From Eledone cirrhosa (taxonomy: Eukaryota): DNA of 64,000 nt. The translations under genes and the position numbers were made by a program. The notes beneath the pieces are model-generated. The model had not been told where the DNA came from. It saw only the letters and a list, made by a program, of their open reading frames with translations, and ran no database searches. Each line of letters opens with the position of its first letter. Position 1 is the first letter of the stretch. This document shows, in pieces, positions 14,368 through 28,387 of this stretch. Location of the stretch: the NCBI GenBank assembly GCA_964016885.1, contig OZ024747.1:52142001-52206000 (forward strand). The letters run 5' to 3'.

Positions 14368-14752
14368 TGTTTCTTTATTAGCCACAGGGGTACAAAAGAA
14401 GGGGACAAATACAAAGGGGGAAGTTTACATACAATAAAAACGTGTAAAATACTATCACAAATGCAATTTAAAAAACAATTAATTTTCCCCAATAGGGGGA
14501 GACATTACATATGGGTAACACATACCTCCGAAAAAAAAAAATGTGCAACACTCATCTCCAGGAGTATGAAGAGTGAGTACCCCTTTCCTCTCTTCCTCTT
14601 TTTCCTCACCCTACAGGCTGATATAGAGAGAAGGCCCATTCACTGGGGCCATTCTCGCCACTTTCACCCACCTTTCATAAAACTTGCTGGGGTACAGCCC
14701 CTCTCCCTCTCCATCCTGACTCTTCTTCTAAAGTGGTATTTGAAAAAAAGAA
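14367..14752 (-). mobile_element. second, shorter copy of the same Tx1/L1-like 3' end
   Basis: Aligns by eye with 13320-13730; (TATC)n tail. Confidence 0.8.
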
Positions 14753-14753
14753 C

Positions 14754-14785
<32 letters not shown>

Positions 14786-14914
14786 CGGTTTGAACCATGG
14801 GATTTGAACTCGGAACATAAACAGTTGGACAAAATGCCAGAAAACATGTCTTATATTCTAACCATTCTGTTTATTCACTGCTCTTATCACATGCTGTAAT
14901 AATTACTTCTTCTT

Positions 14915-15060
14915 TGTGCACAAGGCCGGCAATTTGAAGGAAAGTGAAAAGTCGATTAAATCTACCCGAATGTGTTACTGGTACTTTGTATCGACCCTGT
15001 AAGGATGAAATGCAAAGCCGACCTCGTCGGGATTTGAACTCAGAACATAAAGGGCCACGA
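14915..15060 (-). mobile_element. tRNA-derived SINE, diverged
   Basis: GGATTTGAACTC (reverse B box) and the central domain. Confidence 0.75.
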
Positions 15061-15315
15061 ATATATGCCACAAAAATAGATATAACCCATTTTGAGTATA
15101 TAAGGAAAATACTTGTTTTTCTTGCAAACTTCATAGCAATGGGCTAAAAAAGAATTCAAACATACATCTTGGTAACTTAAAGGAACACTAAGAATAAGGA
15201 GAAAGACAAACAACACTTATGATTAGAAAATAGTGTCATCATAGACATGTGGGGTACACTCACACACATACATATATGAGGGTCGACACTCAGCACATAG
15301 TTATAAGGAAATATA

Positions 15316-15495
15316 TGAGGGTCGGCTGAGAAGTTCATAGGCTGACTATGAAGGATTGATGCTAGTACTGTGAAATCTTGCATAGATTAATTTCAACTGC
15401 ATTGTTTCTTTCTAGGGACTATGTTGAAAAATAAACTTCATTTGATCATTCCATGAGAGTATCTTGGTCAACCTATTAACTTTTCAGCTGACCCG
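15316..15495. mobile_element. Tc1/mariner-type MITE
   Basis: ~30-bp TIRs GAGGGTCGGCTGAGAAGTTCATAGGCTGAC / GTCAACCTATTAACTTTTCAGCTGACCCG with TA flanks; partial copy at ~25243-25355. Confidence 0.75.
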
Positions 15496-16013
15496 TATAT
15501 ATACATCTAAGACACACACACGCGTGCGCAGAAATAAGCCGAGTTGGAACAGTTCAAATTTATTTGATTTTCGTTGTGAAAATAAGCCCCAACGTATATA
15601 TTAACTGTAACAATTGTCTAAACCTGGAGCCGGGTCAAGTATGGACAGAGACGGCTACGGGAATTGACCCACGCATTCACCATATGACGGACGGCGCGAT
15701 AACCACTGTATTGGTGATGTGTGTGTGTGTATGTGCGTGTGTATATGTGTGTGTCTGTCTGTGTATCGCGCATTCTTTTTCTATACACATTTGTCTTTCA
15801 GGTGTAAGCTGCTCACATCGAAAGCAAAAAAATAAAAAACAAACACAAAAAACAAGAATGAATTGCCATTAAGGTGGCTACACCATTGTCTACTGTATGT
15901 ATAGGTATGTGTATATATATATTATATATATATACTCACACATAAATGCATACATATATATATATATATATAAATATTTACTCGTTGTAACCCAACAATT
16001 TAAATATAACTTT

Positions 16014-16061
<48 letters not shown>

Positions 16062-16096
16062 GGTATATATATATATATATATATATACATATACGG

Positions 16097-16128
<32 letters not shown>

Positions 16129-16142
16129 CGGTATATATACGG

Positions 16143-16174
<32 letters not shown>

Positions 16175-16175
16175 C

Positions 16176-16316
<141 letters not shown>

Positions 16317-16855
16317 CATCAATAAGCTGCTAAAGTCGTTAAAATTCTTCGTGAATTATATAGTCAGTTGAATCTTTTTCCATATAAACTTTAGTTATCG
16401 ACTTGAAAACCTATTTATACAATTCCGTTTAATACTACTTTACATTATGGCTTTTACAACAAAGATTTCATCTACTAAATATATTATAATCAGTTTTTTC
16501 ATATCTTAATTGCACATTAAAATTAATGAAAGATAATTTTAAAATCAATACATACGTACACACGTACACAAACATACACATATACGCAAACTCCCACACA
16601 AAAACACAGTGAATGTATGTTTGCATGTATCTATGCATGTATGCATGCACGTATGTATGCATATATGTATGCATGTATGTATGCATGTATCTATGTATGC
16701 ATGTATGTATGCATGTATGTATGTATCTATGTATGTATGCATATATGTATGCATGTATGTATGTTTCTATGTATGTATGCATGTATGTATGTATCTATGT
16801 ATGTATGCATGTATGTATGTATCTATGTATGTATGCATGTATGTATATACACATG

Positions 16856-17176
16856 TACCGCGTGGTTAAACCACTGGGGGGTGAAGGACCCCCAGCCTTT
16901 GTCAGGGCATTCTTCTAGGAGAAGGCAACTCAGGAAACTGGGATAACTCCGATATAAAACCTGGGCTCAGTAGTTACCGATGATGTTGATCTTTTCTTCT
17001 TTTCGGGTAATAGCTACTGTTGCTCAGAGAGTGGGATTGGCTCAGTGCACAGTCTTTCCTCACTTTAAAAAATAGCTTCAAGCACAGGCATTGCACGATA
17101 GAATTAATTGATAATTATTAATAATGGTATATCGTGCAATGGCCATACTCGATAACGAGGGGGCAGCCATCATCAT
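16856..17176 (+). mobile_element. non-autonomous RTE-derived short element (5'UTR-like part plus RTE-type 3' end), (TATG)n tail
   Basis: GGGCATTCTTCTAGGAGAAGGCAACTC resembles RTE 5'UTR motifs (from memory). The 3' end CGTGCAATGGCCATACTCGATAACGAGGGGGCAGCCATCAT is shared with 18230-18272 downstream of the RTE ORF. Confidence 0.55.
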
Positions 17177-17329
17177 GTATGTATGTATGTAAGTATGTAT
17201 AAACTAGTATTAGCGCCTGAAGAAAGACCACTATTTTGATGCCTCTTGTTTTCTGGAGATATGGTCAAATTTGGGTCTTGAAACTTTGGGTATCCCCTTT
17301 GGTCCATGTATGAACATAAATATATAACA

Positions 17330-18148
17330 CTAGCAGTGGTACCCGGCGTTGCACGGGATAAGGTATTTTGGAACGTGGGCCGCAGAAAGACCTAATCGTG
17401 GAAAAACTGCATGCTTGGACAATACGTAAAGAAAATAAACCGAATACTCTGATGGCTGGATAATCTTTAAGATTTTCCTCGATGAAGTAGGAAAAATGCA
17501 GGTTTTCACGAAAATGAAAAAATGAAGTTTTTCACCTAATGCGGGCCCTAGGCCATAAAAAAGTTGGATTTTCTTTGCTCACGGTATGAAGAAGAGACTG
17601 AGTAATACATAGTTACAATTTCAAGGAAATCGGTCTGACGTAACGCCTCAAAAAACCCCTAAAAATCTTTTAAAACGCAGTTTTTCACCTAATGCGGGCT
17701 CTAGGAGATCAAAAAGTAAAATTTTTTATGTGCATAACACTCCCTGAAACATAAGTAATACACATGTAAAGTTTGAAAAAAGTCGGTTGGGTACTTCTAG
17801 AGTGTTAGGGATTCAAACTCACAGACACACACACACACACAGACATCCTCAGGGAAGTGACGTAATGCAGACAGCCAGACATACAGACAGATATTATAAG
17901 GGCGCGACGTTATATGTATGTATCTATCTAAAAAGAGAAAGACTAAGAATTATAGAGAGAGATCGCTAAATCGCCTAATGCGGTCTCTAGGGCATTGACA
18001 TTTTGAAAATCTTTTTGCTCAGAACACTCCCTGACACATAAGTATTACATGTGTAAAGTTTGAAAACAGTCGGTTGGCTGCTTCTCGAGTTTTAGGGATT
18101 CAAACTCACACACACACAGACAGACATCCTCCGTTTTATATATATAGA
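17330..18148 (-). mobile_element. non-autonomous Helitron
   Basis: 5' TC end (A|TCTATATATATAAAACGG), 3' CTAG|T end with subterminal hairpin CCCGTGCAACGCCGGG, A|T target, internal imperfect direct repeats (CCTAATGCGG units). Confidence 0.8.
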
Positions 18149-18424
18149 TGATATTTCTGCTCTCTTCCCGATTGACCAGTTTTCCTTTTTCTTTTTTATA
18201 TTGACGGATATTGCTACATATACATACATACATGATGGCTGCTCCCTCGTTATCGAGTATGGTCATTGCACGAGAAAAAAAATATATATATACACATACA
18301 TATATATTAATAACAATAATAATAATAACGACAACAACAACGATAATAATATACATAAATATATATATATATACACACACGCACACACATAAACATATCT
18401 ATACACACACACATACGATAGCAA

Positions 18425-19370
18425 CTAACAGCGCTGCGATCGAATGTGGCTTTTTAGCCCAGCCAATGATCTAAAATGTCTTGCACAGAGTCGGCAACCA
18501 AAACATTCACTGGGAATAGTCGGCTGTGGTTGGAGTTCGTGTACTTTTGCATGTCGCTTGAGCCCTCCTGCTGATTTACATTCTCTACCACATGCTTGGC
18601 AAGCATGATGAGTAGCATCTCCAACAGCAGCCTGGTAGTCAACCACTGGTCTTACTTTATGACTGCGAAGATGACTTTCGAGTCCAGCTTTGCTTAGGCA
18701 GAGTCTCGCACAGACGCTGCATGTCAGCACCATAGGAGGACACTCACCGTAGGGAAGTGCAACAGCAATGCCCTTCCTCACATCCCGCTTTACTTTCTCG
18801 TATGCGATTCGAGATGCCTCAAAGGGAACTTTTCCCTCATATACAGTCTTTCTCCATTTATTACGATCAGCAGCAATATTTTCCCATGTATCAGCAGAGA
18901 TGTTAGCGTCTTTCAAAGAGGCTTTCAAGGAATCCTTATACCTCTTTTTTGGTTTATGTGGCGGTCGTTTTCCTTTAACTAACTCTCCATAAAAGAGTTG
19001 TTTTGGTATTCTAGAATCCTTCTCCCTGGCAAGGTGACCACTCCAACGGAGTCGTTGCTTAAGCACAAGAGCTTCTATACTGTCACACATAGAGCTTTCC
19101 AAAATCTCGATATCACTGATGTGGTCCCTCCAGTGAACGCCATGGATCCGTCTGAGACACATTTGATGGAAACGCTCCAATTGCTTAAGGTGGTGTCGAT
19201 ATGTGACCCAGGTCTCGCAGGCATAAAGAAGAGAAGAGAGCACACATGCCTTGTACACCTTTACCTTTGTCTTCTTGCATATATCTCGCCGACCCCAGAG
19301 TCGCCTTTCTAGCTTTCCGAAAGCATCACTTGCTTTCCTAATCCTAAGTGAGATTTCACTAACAAGGTGA
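18425..19370 (-). mobile_element. 5'-truncated RTE/BovB-like LINE; uninterrupted post-RT C-terminal ORF with three C2H2-type zinc fingers
   Basis: KTKVKVYKACVLSSLLYACETW, LRWSGHLAR..DSRIPKQLFYGEL, WE..AADR..WR motifs; CxxC-x12-H units. The N-terminal MYVC run in the ORF track is a (TATG)n artefact. Confidence 0.92.
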
Positions 19371-19459
19371 TACATACATACATACATACATACATACATA
19401 CATACATACATACATACATACATACATACATACATACAATGTACTCATGCACACATACA

Positions 19460-19636
19460 ACTCAAAACATCCACATCCACACATACAATAACATCCATAT
19501 CTACACATACATGTATGCATACATAATCTACCTAGTTGATGTTGTGTAAATTCCAATGAGAGAGTCATGTGTCTTTGTTAGAAACCGACTCTCTCTCTAT
19601 TGGTAAAACTTTGTGAAATTATAAAACCAGAAGACC
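19460..19636 (-). repeat. unclassified dispersed repeat, second copy at ~49028-49185 (+)
   Basis: Reverse-complement match TTCTGGTTTTATAATTTCACAAAGTTTTACCAATAG...ACATCAACTAGGTAGAT. Confidence 0.75.
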
Positions 19637-19642
19637 ATACAT

Positions 19643-19691
<49 letters not shown>

Positions 19692-20437
19692 GAAACTGAA
19701 GTGAAAAGCAAATATTTGGATATATATATTAAAAACGTTTGAAGATATAAAAATATATATCCAAATGTTTATACATATGTGGAAAAACATGATTTTTATA
19801 TATAGTTTTTTTTTTATATATATGTGGGATAACCTATGGTTTATGCTTTAACTATATTCTTGAGATAAATTTTTTTTTATTTTTTAAACTTTATAGCAAG
19901 TAAATTTATGACTTCGTATAAAATAACATATGGTTCATGTTTTAATTATATTCTTAAGATAAAATGTTTAACTTTATAAGATTTAATCCTTTGAGTCATC
20001 TGAGATCTTAAAAAAATCACTTCTAACTTTCTTTACACTTCCTTAGTGTTTTTATAATATAATTAAGTGGTTATTCCTTTGTAAACTCTCGTAAGTTTTT
20101 CATAAATTTAGAATTATTTGGATGTTTAAATTTTGACTTACAACTTTTAATAAAATAAACTATACTAGATTTTCTCTAATGTAAAATACTATATATTTAT
20201 TTAAATAATTTATAATCCTTAACATACACATTTAAACCAATATATTATTACTAATACATCTTAATATAATATAATTGTTATACTTTGGGAGGGTCATGTT
20301 GCCAATAAGAAACACACGCACCAGTTGCTTTCACTTCAATTTATTATATATTTATAAATTTATAAATTTACAAATTTACAAACTTATAAATTTCTGGTTG
20401 GTTGGTTGGTTCCACAACCAGATAGTTGTTTATATAT

Positions 20438-20482
20438 AGTCATAGTCCTTTCGTCACACACTCTGTGACCTCTTCAGTGACT
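20438..20482 (-). ncRNA. minimal type I hammerhead ribozyme motif (mirror copy)
   Basis: Reverse complement of 20606-20650. Confidence 0.65.
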
Positions 20483-20605
20483 GGGGATTCCTTTCTTTGT
20501 TTCTGTGCCTTTCCTTTCTTCTATCCTACGCCATTTTGTTTCTCAGAAACAAAATGGCGTAGGATAGAAGAAAGGAAAGGCACAGAAACAAAGAAAGGAA
20601 TCCCC

Positions 20606-20650
20606 AGTCACTGAAGAGGTCACAGAGTGTGTGACGAAAGGACTATGACT
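20606..20650 (+). ncRNA. minimal type I hammerhead ribozyme motif
   Basis: Stem I AGTCA/TGACT, CTGAAGA, one extra G, stem II GTCACA/TGTGAC, GAAA, very short stem III, CUA cleavage triplet. Confidence 0.65.
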
Positions 20651-21398
20651 ATATATAAACAACTATCTGGTTGTGGAACCAACCAACCAACCAGAAATTT
20701 ATAAGTTTGTAAATTTGTAAATTTATAAATTTATAAATATATAATAAATTGAAGTGAAAGCAACTGGTGCGTATGTTTCTTATTGGCAACATGACCCTCC
20801 CAAAGTATAACAATATCGGTTTCAACACACGATTTCAGATAAAGAATCTTGCTAAACAAATTCAGAAACGAAATATAATATAATTATTAATATTAAATTA
20901 TTAAATTAACTCTTTAATATTAAGGCAAATTTTAATCTTTAATTTTGATTTCTAATTTTTAATTTTAATCTAATTTTTCAACCTATCATTATAAGTATTG
21001 TAATCAAAACGTAATGAACCCTGCATTATAAATATTACTCTTCCACGTTAATCTTATTTCTTCTTTCACTTAGATATACTTACGCTGTGTATATTTCTCC
21101 TTTGAAACTTATTTCTTCATTCACTCTATCTTCACTATCAATATGTATAATCGTTCTTTCTTTCCTCTTCTATCTTTCTCCTTTCTTTTTTCTTTTTTCT
21201 TTTTTTTTTCTCTCCCTTCCAACAGTTTAATTTAAATAAACCGTTATCTTTTCAACCTTTCGGACACTCATTTGCATACTCACTCATAACTTTGTATTAC
21301 CCTCAATAAATGTACTATCTCCACTATCCAGGAAGCTCCAACCGTTAAGGTTGTCTTTTTTCCGGGTATGTCAATATTTATTTATAAAATAAATCTGC

Positions 21399-21462
21399 AT
21401 TTTATCTGATGAAAGCGCACCATAATTTGCCTTGTTTGCCCTTGAAATATGTATAATAAAAT
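21399..21462 (+). ncRNA. minimal type I hammerhead ribozyme motif
   Basis: Stem I ATTTTAT/ATAAAAT, CTGATGA, stem II AAG...CTT (imperfect), GAAA, self-complementary stem III ATATGTAT (with G.U), AUA triplet. Confidence 0.7.
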
Positions 21463-21503
21463 AAATATGGTTTTATAAATATAGTTTCCATTTATTAATA
21501 TAT

Positions 21504-21579
<76 letters not shown>

Positions 21580-22304
21580 AGTATATTTTTATATTTATAT
21601 TTCCATAAATAATTCAGCCGGTAATCAATGTTTATCTTTGATTGACCAACAGTTAAAAATATAAATATAAATATAAATTCCTCTAAATTTCACAGAAAAA
21701 AACATTTTGGTGTCATTTTGAAATAAGCACATTTCAATAATTGAACTTGTTGAAATGAGACATCAATATGGAAATGTATGTATACACTGGGTAATAAATA
21801 GCTGAACTTTTCAAGGGGTAATTCCTTATATAATAATTCAGAATGTGTATTTAATTAGAAAGGTCTCTACAACAACTACAACGGTACGCGATGGGGCCCA
21901 CACACAGCCCCGGCGGACAGAATGGAGAAGGCGTTTCCCCGGAGGACGGCGTGGGAGACGCGCTGGATCCAGCTGCTCTAGAATAGTTTGACACATCAAC
22001 AAACATAATCTTAAATTTTGTGTTTCCTGCTTATAAATTGTGAGAGTACCTAGCCGGTATCTGGGAGAAACGGAGTTCGATTCTTTGTAGCGGCCACTAT
22101 CAATATTTGTGGGTCTCTAGGGTGTCTTTACCCAACATTTATAAGCTATTATATAGCAACTGACTGTAATTATAGTTATTTTCTCTCTGAACATTCGATA
22201 TCTTCTTATAACTCTGACGACTTATTTGATAAAATATTTCATTTTATCGACGGCCACGTGTCAGACTCCGTTTTTTTGGTTTTATGAGAGGAAAGATCAG
22301 TCGT

Positions 22305-22892
22305 GATGGTGGTGGTGGTGGTGGTGGGAGTAATGGTGGCGGTGGTGGAGGTAGTGGTGGTGGTGGGAGTAATGGTGGTGGTGAATATGGTGGTGGTGGT
22401 GATGTGGAGGTGGTGATGTGGTAATGGTGGTAGTAGTGGTGTTGTTGTTGGTGTTGGTGGTGGTGGTGGTGGTGATGTGGTAGTGGTGCGGGTGGGGGTG
22501 GGAGTAATGGTGGTGATGGAGGTAGTGTTAGGGGAGGTAGTGGTGGTGGTGGTGGTAGTGGTGGTGGTGGTCGTGTTTATGGTGGTGGTGGTGTGTATGG
22601 TGGTGGTGGTGGTGGTGGTGTGTACAGTGGTGTGTATGGTGGTGGCAATGGTGGTGTTGTGTACGGTGGTGTGTATGGTGGTGGTGTGTACGGTGGTGTG
22701 TACGGTGGTGGTGGTAGTGTGTATGGTGGTGGCAGTGGTGGTGGTGTGTATGGTGGTGGTGTGTACGGTGGTGGTGGTAGTGTGTATGGTGGCGGTGGTG
22801 TGTACGGTGGTGTGTATGGTGGTGGTGGTGTGTATGGTAGTGTGTATGGTGTTGGTGGTGTGTATGGTGGTGTGTATGGTGGCGGTGGCGTG
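22305..22892. repeat. GGT/GTGTAT-rich compound repeat
   Basis: Variable GGTGGTGTGTAY units. Confidence 0.9.
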
Positions 22893-22903
22893 TAAGATGG
22901 TAC

Positions 22904-22988
22904 CTGTCAGTCTTATACAGGCCAACTCCAGTAACATGGCTGACGGAATATGAACTCCTGCCTTTGTAATAGATTTTATAAATAATCT
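22904..22988 (-). CDS. candidate 85-bp exon, (E)IIYKIYYKGRSSYSVSHVTGVGLYKTD or alternative frame RLFIKSITKAGVHIPSAMLLELACIRLT
   Basis: Unique island; tttttccttaaag| acceptor and CAG|gtacca donor; two open frames. Confidence 0.3.
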
Positions 22989-23482
22989 CTTTAAGGAAAA
23001 ACATATTTTTACTTTTATTGTCACAATATTGTTGTTTGTTGTGGTGGGGGTTGTAGTAGGGGAGATGTTGTGGTGGTAGTGTTGGTGGTGCTGCTGATGC
23101 TCCAGCGTGTGTAGTGGTAAAGGATAGTAGGTGTGGTAGTAGCTGTAATGGTGGTGGTGGTGGTGATGGTTGTGGTAGTGTTGTTGTGATGCTGGTGTTG
23201 ATAGTGGTGTGAGTGGCGTGAGGCTAGTGTTGTTGTTTGTTATTATGGAGTTTGTGGTTGTGCTGTTGGTGCCGGTTGTACAAAAAGCTGTGGTCTGGCT
23301 GACATAATGGCGGGGATTTGGTGGTGATTTATTTGTATGCAATAAAATATTTAACTATGATGTAGCTGGTCTGGCTGTGATGTCACTGTCACCAATCTAA
23401 TTATGACGTAACGCAATATGTCACCGTAATAAAATATCGAATTAAGTTTCCTGGAGCCGAAGAACCGAACTTCATTGAATAT

Positions 23483-23573
<91 letters not shown>

Positions 23574-23603
23574 CTTTATCTCTATCTCTATCTCTCTCTC
23601 TCA

Positions 23604-23696
<93 letters not shown>

Positions 23697-23699
23697 AAA

Positions 23700-23760
<61 letters not shown>

Positions 23761-24239
23761 ATCTCTCTATCTATCTACCTAACGATCTCTATATCTCTCC
23801 CACTATCTATCTAATGCATGCATGTATACATTTATCCTCTCCGTATTGACACAGTGTGTTAAACCAGCATCTAAACGATGCTTTCAAACACCTAACCATT
23901 AGTTAACCGTTCTAACAGTGATATCAAATTTCTCACTGCAATGTGTATTCAATTGTTTATGTTACCATATACAAATATGCTGTCAAGGTTATTACCAACT
24001 CAAACACCATATTCATTTATATAACCGATTTAATCAATCTGATATTCGCAGAAATTAAGTTTAATATTCTCAGCTTAAACGTAGGTTATATTTAAATGTG
24101 AATTGCAAAGCAGAGTAAGATGACTCAATACCGTTGAATAGGATTTATTCGCAGCTAAAAACTTTGTAAAGTTGCTTGTTATACCACGAAAGCAGTGTCT
24201 TAACATTTCGGATGGTATACTTTCATCGATATATATATA

Positions 24240-24280
<41 letters not shown>

Positions 24281-24646
24281 GGGTGTGTGTGGGTGTGTGG
24301 GTGTGTGTGTGTGTGTGTATCTCTGTGTCCGTCTGTGTGTCTATACTTGTGTAGTTGTTTATATGTACATACATACACAAACGACACCTATAAATATATA
24401 TATAGAGAGAGAGATAGAGTGAGAGAGAGAGAGAGAGAGAGAGGTAAGAGAGAGTCTGCGTTAGATGAGATCGAGGAGACCACTAATCATGTGAGTACTC
24501 GATACATGGGGAGATGCAGAGTGAGTATATATATATATATATATACATCGATCTTCCACGATCAATCGACCCTCTGAAACAATTGTGAAACAATAAACTA
24601 ATTAACTACCAAACTCAGATTTCTGTCTTGTTTTCATTGTTCTGTA

Positions 24647-24702
<56 letters not shown>

Positions 24703-24897
24703 TATATATAATTCAAAATGAGACAAAGTTAATGAGGCATGAAGATAAACGAAGAGAAAACAAAAATAAGGAAAGCAACACAGAAATCCTAGTTGTCAGC
24801 TGTCTGATATATATGTGTATGTATATGTATATATATATATATGTATGTGTCAATGTGTAGATAAGTAAGTGTATGTACATTTAAAATTACATATAAT

Positions 24898-25082
24898 TGT
24901 TTCTACTTTAGGCACAAGGCCAGCAATTACCCAGTGCATTACTGGTTCTTTATTTTATCGACCCTATAAGGATGAAAGGCAAAGTCAACCTCGGCGGGAT
25001 TTGAACTCAGATTATAAAGGGACGTAACTATACTGGAAAGCATGGCGTCCGACCCTCTACCGATACTGCCAATCCACCGCCA
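24898..25082 (-). mobile_element. full-length tRNA-derived SINE with a 17-bp target-site duplication
   Basis: A and B boxes, central domain; TTAAAATTACATATAAT at 24881-24897 and 25083-25099. Confidence 0.92.
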
Positions 25083-25525
25083 TTAAAATTACATATAATG
25101 TTGGTGAATGATAGGCTCAGTAGAGTGTCGGAGAAAGTAACTGGTCTTATTTAGTTACATCTCTTTACGTCCTAAGTTCGAAATTCTACTCACATCAACT
25201 TTACATTTTGAATGTCAGGACAATAGGTACCTATTAACTATACAGGGATCTGCTGAAAACTTCGTAGGCTGACTAAGATACTCTCATGGAATATGAACAA
25301 ATGAGGTTTATTTTTCAACATAATCTCCCTTATGGTCCACAATTTTCCATCAGTGCTCTAAGATGACCTCGGTACTGAGTCATTTTACACTGCTTTGCAA
25401 TACACATTTGAATATAAGCTACGTTTAAACTGAGAATATTAAACTATTTCTATGAATGTTAGATTAGTTAAAAGTCTATATAAGGCAGTGTCAAATTTAT
25501 TACAGTAAATATGTGAACATACATA

Positions 25526-25845
25526 GGTCTAGAGCATTCGGCTTATAATCGGGAGATTGTGAGTTCGATTCGCGGACCGGATGAATTGTAGTGCCCTTGA
25601 GCAAGACACTTTATTTCATGTTGCTCCAGTTTACTCAGCTGTAGAAATGACTTGCGACATCAGTGGATCCAAGCTGTATTGGTCATTGTCTTTCCCTTGG
25701 ACAACATCGGTGGAATGGAGAGAGGAAATGGGTAAACATGGTCGACTACTGGTCGTTCACAAACAACGTTACCCGGACTTGTGCCACGGTGGCACAAATC
25801 CCATGGTCATTCGTGACCGAAGTGTGTGTTTACCCTTTACAATAT
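25526..25845 (+). mobile_element. CORE-type tRNA-derived SINE
   Basis: B box GAGTTCGATTC followed by GTGCCCTTGAGCAAGACACTT...CAGTTTACTCAGCTGTAGAAATG, similar to the CORE (MIR) domain; 3' boundary approximate. Confidence 0.7.
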
Positions 25846-25917
25846 ATATTTATATATTACGTTCTACACACTTCTAATATAAGGGGGAATAAAGAACATG
25901 ATTATTTAAATATATAA

Positions 25918-26098
25918 CTGTTTCTACTTTTGGCGCAAGGCCAGCAATTACCCAGTACATTTCTGGTACTTTATTTTATCGACCCCGTAAGGATGAAAGG
26001 CAAAGTTAACCTCGACGGGATTTGAACTCAGAATGGCAAGGGCCGTAACTCTTTGCGTCAAAGCATGGTGTCCGACCCTCTACCGATACTGCCAAACC
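25918..26098 (-). mobile_element. tRNA-derived SINE
   Basis: Near-full match to the other copies. Confidence 0.88.
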
Positions 26099-26340
26099 AT
26101 AACGCTACTTACTAACTCATAGCTTCTAAATTTAACGGAGAAAATTCGGAGTAGGTTGGTGTAATTGGACGAGCACACTTAACCGGACAATAGGGTGTGT
26201 GTGATCCAGTCCCAGGCGTGATGATGTTCATCTGTCTCAGTAATGGGGCTTCATGTACCCAGTTATTACACAAATTTCTGTAGTCAAAATATAGTGAAAA
26301 ATTCTAAAACAATGTAGCCGTACATATATGTATGTAGCCG

Positions 26341-26945
<605 letters not shown>

Positions 26946-27284
26946 ATATATATATATATATATATAAACAAATGTAGAATCCACATCTGTGTATATACAT
27001 AGATGCCTACGCAAACACATACACGCACGCACACACTATATGTGTGTGTATATATATATCTATATATATATTTCTCTGTCTCTCTATGTATATACATTAT
27101 ATATGTATATATATTAAATTAATTTTAATTAAATCCTTAATTAATAGATTAATACATAGATTACTGTGTATCCATTAAAGAAAGTGAAACGTGATAATAC
27201 AAAGAACTCCAGTATGAGTGTATATTTATTGATAACATTCTCCTTTGTCTCAAAATGCAAATACATGCATACATATATATACAC

Positions 27285-27385
<101 letters not shown>

Positions 27386-27448
27386 TATATATAAATATAT
27401 ATATACATATATATATATATTAATATATATATACATATATATATATTA

Positions 27449-27482
<34 letters not shown>

Positions 27483-27514
27483 AAAAATATATATATACAT
27501 ATATATATATCTTA

Positions 27515-27546
<32 letters not shown>

Positions 27547-27584
27547 ACATATATATATTTATATATATATATACATATATATTA

Positions 27585-27619
<35 letters not shown>

Positions 27620-27630
27620 CATATATATTA

Positions 27631-27697
<67 letters not shown>

Positions 27698-27703
27698 TAT
27701 ATT

Positions 27704-27891
<188 letters not shown>

Positions 27892-28024
27892 TGTATAATA
27901 CATGTCTAAACATCCATAGAGTTATTTGCTTTATTCGTCCATTAATTTTATCTATATAGTTAATTTATTAGCTTATTGTTTATCTACTTCATCTTCTTTA
28001 TCTATTGAATTACCTGATTGTATC

Positions 28025-28057
<33 letters not shown>

Positions 28058-28387
28058 ACGCATACACATACACACATATATATATATGTGTGTGTGTGTG
28101 TGTCTGTGTACAACGTATGTATATATGTTCGTATGAATGCATGCATGTTTGTATGTAACAATTTATGTATGTATGTACAAATGTATGTATGTGTGTATGT
28201 ATGTATGTATGTATGTATGTATGTATGTATGTATGTATGTATGCATATATGTATGTATATATATATGGAAGATATGTATATATGGATGTATGTATATATG
28301 TATATATGTATATGTATGTTTATATAAAGAGGTAATACATTGGTTCGTATGAAAGTGTGGGTGAGATGAGATGGTGTTATATACATA

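Larger units (their letters stand above)
20274..20875. mobile_element. 541-bp near-perfect palindrome (centre 20544) plus one-sided tail; Penelope-like inverted pseudo-LTR
   Basis: Arms 20274-20543 and 20545-20814 with one mismatch noticed; tail 20815-20875 shared with the copy at 43211-43972; contains hammerhead motifs. Confidence 0.8.

Noticed and set aside
15652-15712. tRNA gene (also B-box-like hits at ~22075 and in SINE heads)
   Set aside because: Only Pol III box-like motifs with no complete cloverleaf; best read as SINE heads.
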